DNA of 64,000 nucleotides from the NCBI GenBank assembly GCA_029068165.1, contig JAIEDA010000004.1, positions 7,756-71,755 of the forward strand, written 5' to 3'. Origin of the DNA: Clostridia bacterium. Its GTDB lineage: Bacteria; Bacillota; Clostridia; Christensenellales; UBA3700. Below the pieces are notes generated by a model, which was not told the origin of the DNA, made no database searches, and worked only from the letters and a program-made list of their open reading frames with translations. This document shows, piece by piece, positions 39,535 to 49,112 of the stretch (its first letter is position 1; each line of letters begins with the position of its first letter). A program made the position numbers and the translations under genes.

Positions 39535-41568
39535 ATGAAGAACAAAAAAATTGTTGTCTGTCTTGTGATAGCAGTTATGGTTCTCGGCTTTGTTCTTACG
39601 GCTTTAGTCGGTTGTAAGAATTATAAGGAAGTCAGCGTTAAAGAAATGATGGATTTCCTTGTTAAAGCTGTAGAAAATACCGCCAAAGACAATAGACTCA
39701 ACAACATGGAGCTTGCTACTTCAATCTCTCTTGACACCACGTACGGTAGTTCCAAAAAGTCATACACGATTGATTTGGCTGCGCAACTTGCTCTCAAAAC
39801 CGACGACGATAACAAAAACGCTGCAAGTTTAGTTATTAAAGACGGCGACGGCAAGAACGTTTTCTCGGCTTTCTATGACGAAAAGAACATCGGCGCTTCC
39901 GTTTATTTGCAAATCGGCGAAAGTAGATTTGCCGTTCCTGCCGTACTCGTTAAAGAAGTATTGAAAAAGAACAACGCTTCGGTTTCGAACGATGAATCCG
40001 ACGCTATCACCGAAACGATTGTTGACGGTATCGACGGTTTGACTTCTACTTTGCAGTTGATCGGCGGCGGAGACGGTATGGGTATTATCAAGACCTTAGT
40101 TTCTAAAGACGGCAAGTCTTACCGCATTGAAATCAGCCTTGAAGAAATTTTCAACGGCGACACCTGGAAACAAATTCTTCAATACGCTGAAGGTATTCAA
40201 GAAGTAATCAACGATATGGGTATTGCCCTCGATATCAACAATATCGGCAATATTCTTCCTGAACTCGTTCTTGGTCTTAACGTAAACGTTACCAGCAAGA
40301 AAGCTGAAGAAGCTAAGATTTCCGGCATCACCGCTGATTTGAGCTGTCCTAAAAAGACCGTTGAGGTTAAGAGAACCGACGGCGGCAGCTTGCTCACCCT
40401 CAAGATTGCTGAAGACTTCACCGCTAACGTAGGCGTTCAATTCTTCTTCAATCAAGGCAAGGTTCAAACCGCTACTGGCTTTACCCAAGCTAACACCACC
40501 GTACTCGGCGGCGCTATCAACTTCACCGCTAGCGGAACTTTGACGCTTGAAAACGAAGTAAAAGGCGAAATTAAAGCAGGTCCCGTTACGTTGAACCTCA
40601 ACATACCTGCCGATACTTATAAGTTACTCATTGAAGCTGACATCAATCCTGCAGCTCTTGTAACGAAAGACTTTACGAATATTCACTCGACTCAACACGC
40701 TATCGACGTAGCGATTGACGCTCTCAACGACGCAGTAAATTATCTCAACCTTCAAATTACAACTTCAGAAGGCGACGATTTCTTGCAAATCAAGCTCATT
40801 CAAACGAATAGCGGACTTGCGCTTGCAGGCAATCTTACTGCTGTACTACCATCAATCAACAATATGATTAAAGATGGCTACGCTATTACCGATATCCTCA
40901 CATTGCTATCCTCTATCGGCGTCAATATCCCCGACAATCTCGATACCGGATACGCTTACGCTGATCCGGCCAAGGGTTGGAAAGGCGGCTACGTTATAGC
41001 TCCTGGCTTCGTTGACGAAGATGAGAACGGCTCTCCTGATAAAGACAAGAACGGCAATTACGTTTGCGCTGAAGGATACGTACTCGTATTCGGCGTACCT
41101 TGCCCGATTGAAACCGCTCCTGGTTACGTTCTTAGCGGAGATAAATACGTTGTTGACACTGCAAACGGTTACGTTGACGCAAACAACGACGGTACTCCTG
41201 ACCTTGACAAAGACGGCAACTACGTTTGCGCTGAAGGATACGCGCTTTACAAAGGACTTCCGACTTTGAAAGCGGACATTCCGACTACTGACGATAAAGA
41301 AGAAGATAAGACTTCTTTGACTGTTGCTGACGTACTCAAGAATCTTGCAGTAGTTATTGACGGTAGCATTAGCGCTACGCTCAAGAACATCGCAATCAAC
41401 AAAAATCTCTCGTTGGAAGCAAACTTGGGTGTAAACTCCACCGAAATCAACGTAAACGCAACTCTCAGCGGACTTAACAAAATGCTTGAAGGCTTGCCTG
41501 AGAGCTTGGGTGTCAAAGTGAACATCAAACTTTCCGATTTCCACTACGGTACCGCAAATAGGTCTTAA
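39535..41568 (+). CDS. Large surface lipoprotein with duplicated Asp-rich/Cys motif
   Basis: Lipobox LTALVGC, beta-rich body, two GxVDxDxxGxPDxDKxGNYVCAEGY repeats. Promoter TTGACA...TATAAT-like, SD AGGAGG, biased codon use. Confidence 0.8.
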   Translation: MKNKKIVVCLVIAVMVLGFVLTALVGCKNYKEVSVKEMMDFLVKAVENTAKDNRLNNMELATSISLDTTYGSSKKSYTIDLAAQLALKTDDDNKNAASLVIKDGDGKNVFSAFYDEKNIGASVYLQIGESRFAVPAVLVKEVLKKNNASVSNDESDAITETIVDGIDGLTSTLQLIGGGDGMGIIKTLVSKDGKSYRIEISLEEIFNGDTWKQILQYAEGIQEVINDMGIALDINNIGNILPELVLGLNVNVTSKKAEEAKISGITADLSCPKKTVEVKRTDGGSLLTLKIAEDFTANVGVQFFFNQGKVQTATGFTQANTTVLGGAINFTASGTLTLENEVKGEIKAGPVTLNLNIPADTYKLLIEADINPAALVTKDFTNIHSTQHAIDVAIDALNDAVNYLNLQITTSEGDDFLQIKLIQTNSGLALAGNLTAVLPSINNMIKDGYAITDILTLLSSIGVNIPDNLDTGYAYADPAKGWKGGYVIAPGFVDEDENGSPDKDKNGNYVCAEGYVLVFGVPCPIETAPGYVLSGDKYVVDTANGYVDANNDGTPDLDKDGNYVCAEGYALYKGLPTLKADIPTTDDKEEDKTSLTVADVLKNLAVVIDGSISATLKNIAINKNLSLEANLGVNSTEINVNATLSGLNKMLEGLPESLGVKVNIKLSDFHYGTANRS

Positions 41569-41587
41569 TGACTTAACTCAAAAAACC

Positions 41588-41620
41588 GAACGGAACGCAA
41601 ATGCGTTCCGTTCTTTTTTT
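41588..41620 (+). terminator. Intrinsic terminator
   Basis: GAACGGAACGC-AAAT-GCGTTCCGTTC-TTTTTTT. Confidence 0.85.
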
Positions 41621-41752
41621 ATTTAATTAACAACAAACAAAATTATTCGTCGCCTCGTATCCCTTGCCACAGCTTTTCAGTACTATTACTTTACGCATAC
41701 GCAACCGATTTTTAGACTGCATATCTTTTTTGCGCGCTATCATTATAAATAA

Positions 41753-41788
41753 TAAGAGAGGTTTGCTGATATTCAGCAAACCTCTCTT
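41753..41788 (-). terminator. Terminator of the tRNA-Met cluster
   Basis: AAGAGAGGTTTGCTGA-tat-TCAGCAAACCTCTCTT perfect inverted repeat. Confidence 0.75.
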
Positions 41789-41864
41789 GGTACCGGTGAT
41801 CGGAGTCGAACCAATGACCTGTCGGGTATGAACCGACCGCTCTAACCAACTAAGCTACACCGGC
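41788..41864 (-). tRNA. tRNA-Met(CAT), elongator type
   Basis: GCCGGTGTAGCTTAGTTGGTTAGAGCGGTCGGTTCATACCCGACAGGTCATTGGTTCGACTCCGATCACCGGTACCA. Confidence 0.93.
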
Positions 41865-41874
41865 TAAAAAATAA

Positions 41875-41950
41875 TGGTTGCGGGTGAAGGACTCGAACCT
41901 CCGATCTTCGGGTTATGAGCCCGACGAGTTGACCACTGCTCCAACCCGCG
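41875..41950 (-). tRNA. tRNA-fMet(CAT), initiator
   Basis: CGCGGGTTGGAGCAGTGG...CGGGCTCATAACCCG...CCCGCAACCA: C1-A72 mismatch, three G-C anticodon-stem pairs. Confidence 0.95.
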
Positions 41951-41969
41951 ATATGTTATTAAATTGTTA

Positions 41970-42045
41970 TGGTGGCGGGTGCAGGGCTCGAACCTGCGAT
42001 CTTCGGGTTATGAGCCCGACGAGTTAACCACTGCTCCAACCCGCG
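41970..42045 (-). tRNA. tRNA-fMet(CAT), initiator (variant)
   Basis: CGCGGGTTGGAGCAGTGG...CGGGCTCATAACCCG...CCCGCCACCA: C1-C72 mismatch. Confidence 0.95.
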
Positions 42046-42211
42046 ATACGTCAATGCCTTACAATAATAATTGAAATTTTAAGTTTTGTCAAGAGATTTT
42101 AGTCGGTTTTAAAAAATTTTACTCTTATTCAACAACTTTTCTCAATTTACTTTTTATCAATAATATATAATATGTATATATATTTATTACAAGTTACTTA
42201 TTTTTATTTGA

Positions 42212-43075
42212 CTATAGCGCCTTCTCGCCCAACGCAACTAAATATCCTTCTAAGTTATCGCTTTCCCTGACCGTTAAGCAATCTCTTCCAAGCATACGCA
42301 TAATTGCGGCAAGCAATCGACCGCCGCCTACGATTAAATTGCGACGTTTAGGCTCTAAGCCGTTGATTTCCAGTCTTTCTTCCATATCAAGACTGCGTAT
42401 CTTCGCAGTCCACTCTTCCACGCAACTCAATGTCAATTTGTAATTATCAACTATTTCGGGACGGTAGACTGTCATATTCTCATTCATTGCTACAAAAGTC
42501 GCAGGCGTTCCTCCTATTGCAAGCAGCTCGTCAAACTCGGGAATTTGCCCGTAACCTTTAATAATATCATTAATATATTCGTCAATCTTTGCCAGGTTTT
42601 CTTTGCAGTTATCGAAAATGCGCGCCAGTCCTATCGGCATACTTTTAGCGTAGACTAGTCCTTTTTCGTCGCCCACTGCGATTTCGGTACTTGCGCCGCC
42701 TATATCCAATACGCAGCACTTGCCATTTGTGTACGCGCCTCTAAATCCTATTGTCGCCTCGTCTTTGCTGTCCAGCACGTCGACGACTATGCCTTTCGCC
42801 GAGAGTATCGCCAAAAACTCATCGCGATTAATCGCGCTTCTTACCGCTTCGGTAGCAAACGCGTAGATCTCGCCGCATCCCTCTTCTTTCGCCTCGCGGG
42901 CAAACTCGATTACAGCATTAGCCGTTTGAAGCATATTTTGCTCTTTAAGCCTACCGCTTATAGCCAACCCCTGTCCCAACTGAGTGGTGTTAATCTTTTT
43001 ATACAACTTTTTCCTTCCGTCGCTCACTAGAAGCCTAACGGAGTTTGAACCTATATCAATAATTCCGTATTTCAT
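42212..43075 (-). CDS. Ppx/GppA family phosphatase (short form, no HD domain)
   Basis: MKYGIIDIGSNSVRL, FATEAVRSA, LDIGGASTEI, IGGT, VRESDNLEG. Confidence 0.92.
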   Translation of the reverse strand: MKYGIIDIGSNSVRLLVSDGRKKLYKKINTTQLGQGLAISGRLKEQNMLQTANAVIEFAREAKEEGCGEIYAFATEAVRSAINRDEFLAILSAKGIVVDVLDSKDEATIGFRGAYTNGKCCVLDIGGASTEIAVGDEKGLVYAKSMPIGLARIFDNCKENLAKIDEYINDIIKGYGQIPEFDELLAIGGTPATFVAMNENMTVYRPEIVDNYKLTLSCVEEWTAKIRSLDMEERLEINGLEPKRRNLIVGGGRLLAAIMRMLGRDCLTVRESDNLEGYLVALGEKAL

Positions 43076-43318
43076 ATTTTTATTATACCGCAACGAAACG
43101 AATAAGCCAACGAAAATGAAGTTGTTGAGCGCAGTTTGTACGTGAGAAGATTTCACGCCTGAGCAAGTTAGAATAAAAACAACCGACAAAAAACTTTCGC
43201 AAACAAAAGCTGAGTTTTGTGTTTTTAGATAAATTTTATTAAATTAACGCAATTTAGTTGACAACAAACGATATTTATATTATATTTAACTAGCATTATT
43301 ATATTTAAAAATTAATAA

Positions 43319-43393
43319 GGCTCCATGGTCAAGCGGTCAAGACATCGCCCTTTCACGGCGGTAACTCGGGTTCGATTCCCGATGGAGTCACCA
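43319..43393 (+). tRNA. tRNA-Glu(TTC)
   Basis: GGCTCCATGGTCAAGCGGTCAAGACATCGCCCTTTCACGGCGGTAACTCGGGTTCGATTCCCGATGGAGTCACCA. Confidence 0.96.
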
Positions 43394-43394
43394 C

Positions 43395-43429
43395 AAAAAG
43401 TAGACGGCATAGTTGCCGTCTATTTTTTG
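43395..43429 (+). terminator. Terminator after tRNA-Glu
   Basis: AAAAAGTAGACGGCA-tagt-TGCCGTCTATTTTTT. Confidence 0.8.
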
Positions 43430-43440
43430 TGCGCGACTTC

Positions 43441-43775
43441 TAGGGAATCATAACCTGCGCTTACCTAAATCCTACGATAGAATATCAATCTAAGTTTATT
43501 ACAAATTGCGCGGCTCGCATTTGAGCGTAGCGAAAATCTTGGCGAACTTATTCGCCAACTTCCCGATGGAACCGTATAAATTTTCGTTCGCTCAGCCGAG
43601 CAATCTTTGATTGCGAAAGCCACGAGCGCAGCGAGTATTCACGATGGAAAATCCGTTTTAGGGAATCAACCTGCGCGCTTACCCTCAAGCCTACGATAGA
43701 ATATCAATCTACGTTTATTACAAATTGCGCGGTTCGCATTGAGCGAAGCGAAATCTTGGCGAACTTCTCGCCAAC
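43441..43775 (+). repeat. Direct repeat (about 118 bp x2) with tRNA-Glu T-arm/acceptor fragments
   Basis: Copies at 43441-43559 and 43659-43775. Fragments TTCCCGATGGA (43560) and ATTCACGATGGA (43637) echo the tRNA 3' end. Confidence 0.85.
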
Positions 43776-43795
43776 ATCTTGATAAAATGTACCTC

Positions 43796-44260
43796 TTACT
43801 TTGATTTAATATGAACATTCAGGCGGTAAATTATTATACTCTCAACTGTACGGTAAACACAGTACACCGCCCAAATAATCCAAGTATATTGCCATTTCAA
43901 TGTTATAAGACTAATAGTAACGTATAAAGCAGCCACAACAATAGCAATAACCCAATTCATAATTTTTCTATGTTTTGCTATCACCGTATCGCTTTTTATC
44001 AGCGCGGATTGAATATTTTGTTCCGAAATATCTTTATAATTTCCGTCGCTTATTCGTTCGCCGTTTAATATCTCATTTATGCTCACGTCGAACGTATTGG
44101 CAAGAATTTGCAACATTTCGACAGGCGGTAAATAATTACCGTTTTCCCATCGTGAAATAGTTTTATTTGTTACGCCGATTTGTATTCCTAATTCGTCTTG
44201 CGTTAGATTCTTTTCTTTCCTTAAGTTGGCTAAAAATACGCCGATTTTTTGCATATCCAT
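43796..44260 (-). CDS. XRE-family HTH regulator with two C-terminal TM helices
   Basis: IGVFLANLRKEKNLTQDELG...TISRWENGNYLP...SINEILNGE and a hydrophobic C-terminus. Confidence 0.9.
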   Translation of the reverse strand: MDMQKIGVFLANLRKEKNLTQDELGIQIGVTNKTISRWENGNYLPPVEMLQILANTFDVSINEILNGERISDGNYKDISEQNIQSALIKSDTVIAKHRKIMNWVIAIVVAALYVTISLITLKWQYTWIIWAVYCVYRTVESIIIYRLNVHIKSK

Positions 44261-44644
44261 AGTCTTTGCTCCTTGTTCTTGATATCGCTATTATAACATA
44301 AGAATATCAAAAACGATTGCCCATAAATAGCGAATTTGCAAGATGGAAAAGACTTTTGCGCCGCTTAGGCATCAAGATTGGTTATTATAAGCAAGTTTTG
44401 TGGGGAGATTCATCCAAAGGACTTGGTCATTTTAATAATCAATTACGCCGTCAGCAATCAAATATCCATCCGTACATTAAAAACGCCCTAAGCGTGGCGC
44501 TTATTTGTAGATAAATAAAAATATTTAGAGTTTTTATTAAAACTATAGATTTTTTATTTATTATATATTAAAATAGATATAGACGTAACCGACGAAATGA
44601 ACACGAATAAATTCGTTGGGAATTAACAGTCAAAGGAGATTATT

Positions 44645-46402
44645 ATGAAACCAACGATTGGTATAAGACCTATCATAGACGGAAGATGGGGCGGAATACG
44701 AGAAGGACTTGAAGAGCAAACCCGCCGTATGGCTCAATCGGCAAAAAAACTTATAGAAAGCAATCTTTTCTATACCGACGGCACTCCGGTCCGCGCAGTC
44801 GTTTTTGACGGCACGATAGGCGGCGGATCTGAAGCCGCTAAGTGCAAGGAGTTTTTCGACACGCAAAACGTAGTCGGCACGCTTAGCGTTACTCCGTGTT
44901 GGTGCTACGGCTCGGAAACCATAGATCTCGATCCCTACACTGTCAAAGCGGTATGGGGACTAAACGCTACAGAACGTCCGGGCGCAGTTTATCTTGCCGC
45001 GGCAATGGCAATTCATACTCAAAGAGGTCTACCCGCTTTTGCTATCTACGGAAAAGACGTACAGGATAAAGACGACGAAAATATACCCGACGACGTAAAA
45101 GAAAAGATTTTGCGTTTTGCAAAAGCCGCCATCGCAGTAGGCAGTATGCGCAACAAAGCGTACGTCGGTCTTGGCAGCGTATCGATGGGCATAGGCGGCT
45201 CTTTCCTTGACGGAAATCTTATGCAAAAATACTTCGGTATTAGAGCCGAATGGGTGGATATGACGGAAATACTCCGCCGTATTCAGCTCGGCATATACGA
45301 CAAAACCGAATACGAAAAAGAACTTGCTTGGATAAAAGTAAATTGCAAAGAAGGTATAGACACCAACGCAAATCCCAAATCGAGAGAAGAAAAGGATAAG
45401 CAGTGGGAGTTTATCGCCAAGATGACGCTCGTTATCAAAGACATTATGATAGGCAATCCCAAGCTTAACGAAATTAATTGGCACGAAGAGGCTCTCGGCA
45501 GAAACGCTATACTCGGAGGCTTCCAAGGACAGCGTATGTGGACGGATTGGCTACCCAACGCCGATTTCAGCGAAGCGATTCTCAATACGTCTTTCGATTG
45601 GAACGGCAAGAAAGAACCCCTTACTTTGGCTACCGAAAACGACACTCTCAACGGTATGAGTATGCTCTTTGAAAAACTCCTTACCTATAGAGCCAGTATC
45701 TTTGCGGACGTACGCACGTTTTGGTCGCCCGAGTCCATCAAACGCGTAACCGGTTGGACTCCGACAGGAAAAGCGAAAGACGGCTTCATTCACCTTATCA
45801 ACAGCGGCGCGGCAGCGCTCGACGGTACGGCTATGTCGAAAAACGACAAGGGCGAAAACGTAATAAAACCTTGGTGGGAAATGACCAAAGCCGATATAGA
45901 CGGCTGTATGTCCAAGATGGATTGGTGTCAAGCCAACTTAGGATATTTCAGGGGCGGCGGTTTCAGTTCGCACTTCAAGACGGAGGCTGAAATGCCCGTA
46001 ACTATGATGAGAATTAACGTCGTAGACGGACTCGGACCTGTAATCCAAATTGCCGAAGGCTATACGGCGACAGTCCCCGACAAAGTCCAAAAAATCCTTT
46101 GGGACAGGACTGACCCGACTTGGCCGAGCACTTGGTTCGTACCCCGTCTTACAGGCAAAGGCGCGTTCAAAGACGTGTATAGCGTTATGGCAAACTGGGG
46201 CGCAAATCACGGCGCGTTTACTTACGGTCACGTAGGCGCGGATATTATTACGCTTGCTTCAATGTTGAGAATCCCCGTAAGTATGCACAACGTAGACGAC
46301 GACAAAATCTTCCGTCCTCACTCTTGGACGGCGTTTGGCGTTGAAGACAAAGAGAGCGCGGACTATAGAGCTTGCGCAAACTACGGCGCGCTTTATAAAT
46401 AG
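44645..46402 (+). CDS. fucI: L-fucose (D-arabinose) isomerase
   Basis: IGIRPIIDGR, VTPCWCYGSET, ERPGAVYLAA, GFQGQRMWTD, ATENDTLNG, WGANHG. Confidence 0.96.
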   Translation: MKPTIGIRPIIDGRWGGIREGLEEQTRRMAQSAKKLIESNLFYTDGTPVRAVVFDGTIGGGSEAAKCKEFFDTQNVVGTLSVTPCWCYGSETIDLDPYTVKAVWGLNATERPGAVYLAAAMAIHTQRGLPAFAIYGKDVQDKDDENIPDDVKEKILRFAKAAIAVGSMRNKAYVGLGSVSMGIGGSFLDGNLMQKYFGIRAEWVDMTEILRRIQLGIYDKTEYEKELAWIKVNCKEGIDTNANPKSREEKDKQWEFIAKMTLVIKDIMIGNPKLNEINWHEEALGRNAILGGFQGQRMWTDWLPNADFSEAILNTSFDWNGKKEPLTLATENDTLNGMSMLFEKLLTYRASIFADVRTFWSPESIKRVTGWTPTGKAKDGFIHLINSGAAALDGTAMSKNDKGENVIKPWWEMTKADIDGCMSKMDWCQANLGYFRGGGFSSHFKTEAEMPVTMMRINVVDGLGPVIQIAEGYTATVPDKVQKILWDRTDPTWPSTWFVPRLTGKGAFKDVYSVMANWGANHGAFTYGHVGADIITLASMLRIPVSMHNVDDDKIFRPHSWTAFGVEDKESADYRACANYGALYK

Positions 46403-46473
46403 TAAATAAATATATCTATTATATACCGCTATTTAATATCGCCGTAAAACTAATATAGGAGAACGCTAACGCT

Positions 46474-47730
46474 ATGAATATTAAAACGCTGTCTATTAAA
46501 GAACAGGTTTTGCTGGCTATGAATAGAATTTATTCAAACGCTTTGACGACCACGTCGGGCGGCAATATATCCGCGATTGACGAAAACGGACATATTTTTA
46601 TTACGCCGAGCAGCATTGATAAAGGAACTTTGACGATTGACGATATAGTCGAAGTACTCCCCGACGGAACTCGTATAGGCAAACACGCTCCGTCAATGGA
46701 ACTTCCCTTCCATTCCAACGTTTATCGCCAACGCAAGGACGTCAAAGCCATCGTACACGCTCACGCTCCCGCGGCGGTTGCGTACGCCTGTATGCGAGTT
46801 GCGCCCAATCCGACCTGCGCACGAGTATACGAGGATAAACTTGGTAAAATCACGGGTTCTAGTTACGCCCTGCCTGGGTCGCTCAAGCTTGGAGATATAG
46901 TTATGCAAAGCTTCAAGGACGGATACAGCAGCGTAATGATGGACAATCACGGCGCAACCGTAGGCGGCTCGGATATGCAACAGGCGCTTTCTATGTACGA
47001 AACGCTTGACTATCTTTGCAGGTCGCTTTTCCACGCTCAAACTTTAGGCGGCGCTAAATACATAAAAGATAAAATACCATTGAAATCCACGGCGTACCCC
47101 GTTGGAAAGATAGACGACGGGGATACTGCAAAGAAAGAGGAATTGACCGCTTTTATAAAAAGAGCGTACAAGGGACTGCTGGTCGGAAGCGGTTGGGGCA
47201 CTTTTGCAATAAGGGACGGAAACGGCATACTTTTCAACGCCGATTGCGACTCTCCCGACGATTTATCCTGCAGCGACATAGTAAGATACGAGAACGGCTA
47301 TTTATTGGCAAACAAACCTTGCAAATATTTGGATTTGATATTGAAGATATTTGAAAAGACTCCCGAAGCGCAAAGCGTATTTATATCGATGCCGTCAGCG
47401 ATTATGGGATTTGCTATGGCAAACGTAGAGTTTGACTCAAGGCTTATACCCGAAAGCTACATAATGCTCAAAGACGTAAAGCGTTTGCCCTATTCGGCAA
47501 TGAAAGATTACGACCTTATCGCAAGCTCTTTAACCCCGTCCAACCCCGTAGCCGTAATAGACAACGAGTGTATCATCACAATCGGAAAAAATACGCTCAA
47601 GGCTTTTGACAGGTTGGAAGTATGCGATTACTCCGCCCGTTCGGTACTGCTCGCGAAATCAGTCGCAAAGATAACGCCTATTGACGAGGACCAAGTCAAA
47701 GAAATCAACGATAATTTCAACGGGTGGTAA
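46474..47730 (+). CDS. Class II aldolase with tandem domains (probable fuculose-1-phosphate aldolase)
   Basis: N-domain TTTSGGNIS, ITPS, PSMELPFH, HAH, NHG. The second domain is homologous but degenerate. Confidence 0.85.
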   Translation: MNIKTLSIKEQVLLAMNRIYSNALTTTSGGNISAIDENGHIFITPSSIDKGTLTIDDIVEVLPDGTRIGKHAPSMELPFHSNVYRQRKDVKAIVHAHAPAAVAYACMRVAPNPTCARVYEDKLGKITGSSYALPGSLKLGDIVMQSFKDGYSSVMMDNHGATVGGSDMQQALSMYETLDYLCRSLFHAQTLGGAKYIKDKIPLKSTAYPVGKIDDGDTAKKEELTAFIKRAYKGLLVGSGWGTFAIRDGNGILFNADCDSPDDLSCSDIVRYENGYLLANKPCKYLDLILKIFEKTPEAQSVFISMPSAIMGFAMANVEFDSRLIPESYIMLKDVKRLPYSAMKDYDLIASSLTPSNPVAVIDNECIITIGKNTLKAFDRLEVCDYSARSVLLAKSVAKITPIDEDQVKEINDNFNGW

Positions 47731-47732
47731 TT

Positions 47733-49106
47733 ATGGCAAAAAGCGTAAGAGTTCTTGCAATAGATTTGGGGGCGAGTTCGGGAAGAGGAATACTGTTTGA
47801 GCTGATAGACGGCAAGCTCAATCAAACCGTCGTTCATCGCTTCCCCAACGGACTTGTCGAGAGAAACGGCAAAAGTTATTGGGACTTGAATATGCTTTTT
47901 GAGCAAGTATTGAAAGCCGTCGCTATTGCTTGCAAGACAGGCAAATTGGATAGCGTAGGCGTGGATTCTTGGGGCGTAGACTTCGGTTTCGTCGACAAAG
48001 ACGGCGAAGTGATATGCGACGATTTCAGACACTACCGCGACCCCGCCAACTCTAGCGCAAGAAGATCTTTGGACGAAAAGACTAGACGAAAGCTCTTTGA
48101 CGCGGCAGGCATATCGGACAACGATTTCAACACTACTTATCAACTTATCGCAAGAGCTAAAGAAAACTTCAATTATAAGAATATTAAATATATGCTTTTT
48201 ACTCCCCAACTTCTCGGCTATATGCTGACGGGAGTAGCCGTAAGCGAACCTACGATTTCTTCTACGAGCGGATTCTATAGAAAGGACGTCGGCTTTGACG
48301 GCAGCTTTTTGGAAAAGCTGAATATTCCAAAATCCATACTCCCCGCAACTGTCGAAACCTGTTCCGTCATCGGAGATATAAAAGAGGATATAAAAGCAAA
48401 ACTCGGAATAGATTATTACTTACCCGTCATAGCAACGCCCGGACACGATACGGCTTGCGCGACGCTTGCAATACCGAGTGAAGAAAAAAGCCCTCTATTT
48501 TTGAGCAGCGGCACTTGGTCGCTTTTCGGCGCGCTTGAAGACTCGCCCGTAATAAACGACGCGGCTTGGAAAGGCGGTTATACCAACGAATTAGGCTGCG
48601 GCGGCAAGATAAGATTATTGCGTAATATTATGGGTATGTGGATAATTCAAGAGTGTCGCCGTCAATGGGCGGAAGAAGGACTTGAACTAGATTATCCGCA
48701 AATAGTCGAACTCGCGCAAAAGAGCCCTGACAAGGGCGCGTATATCGACGTCAACGACCCTTTGTTTGCCCAACCTCAAAATATGGCTGACAAGGTAAAG
48801 GAATTCGTCAAACAAAAACAAGGCATACTCCTCGAGAGCGTCGGCGAAATTGCGAAATGCGTATACGCTTCGCTTGCAAAAGCCTATAAAGAAGCTTACG
48901 ACGGATTGACTGCTCTAACGGGAAAAACTTACGACAAACTCTATATCGTAGGCGGCGGAGCAAACAACGCATATCTTAATAAAATGATTGCCGATACTTT
49001 GAATATAGAAGTCGTTGTAGGACCGTCTGAAGCAAGCGCGTTGGGCAACGCATTGGGACAGTTCGTCGGATTAGGGATAGAGCCAAATCAAATCCCCCGC
49101 GTATAG
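47733..49106 (+). CDS. Rhamnulokinase/fuculokinase (FGGY family)
   Basis: LAIDLGASSGR, DSWGVDFG, YRD, GHDTACA, SSGTWSL, NIMGMW, VGGG, EASALGN. Confidence 0.92.
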   Translation: MAKSVRVLAIDLGASSGRGILFELIDGKLNQTVVHRFPNGLVERNGKSYWDLNMLFEQVLKAVAIACKTGKLDSVGVDSWGVDFGFVDKDGEVICDDFRHYRDPANSSARRSLDEKTRRKLFDAAGISDNDFNTTYQLIARAKENFNYKNIKYMLFTPQLLGYMLTGVAVSEPTISSTSGFYRKDVGFDGSFLEKLNIPKSILPATVETCSVIGDIKEDIKAKLGIDYYLPVIATPGHDTACATLAIPSEEKSPLFLSSGTWSLFGALEDSPVINDAAWKGGYTNELGCGGKIRLLRNIMGMWIIQECRRQWAEEGLELDYPQIVELAQKSPDKGAYIDVNDPLFAQPQNMADKVKEFVKQKQGILLESVGEIAKCVYASLAKAYKEAYDGLTALTGKTYDKLYIVGGGANNAYLNKMIADTLNIEVVVGPSEASALGNALGQFVGLGIEPNQIPRV

Positions 49107-49112
49107 CAAAGT

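Noticed and set aside
43441-43775. Possible CRISPR array or prophage attachment with integrase
   Set aside because: Only two long (about 118 bp) diverged units, with no cas, integrase or phage genes nearby.
44317-44514. 65-aa ORF between the XRE gene and fucI
   Set aside because: TTG start, no SD, no motif; likely intergenic noise.
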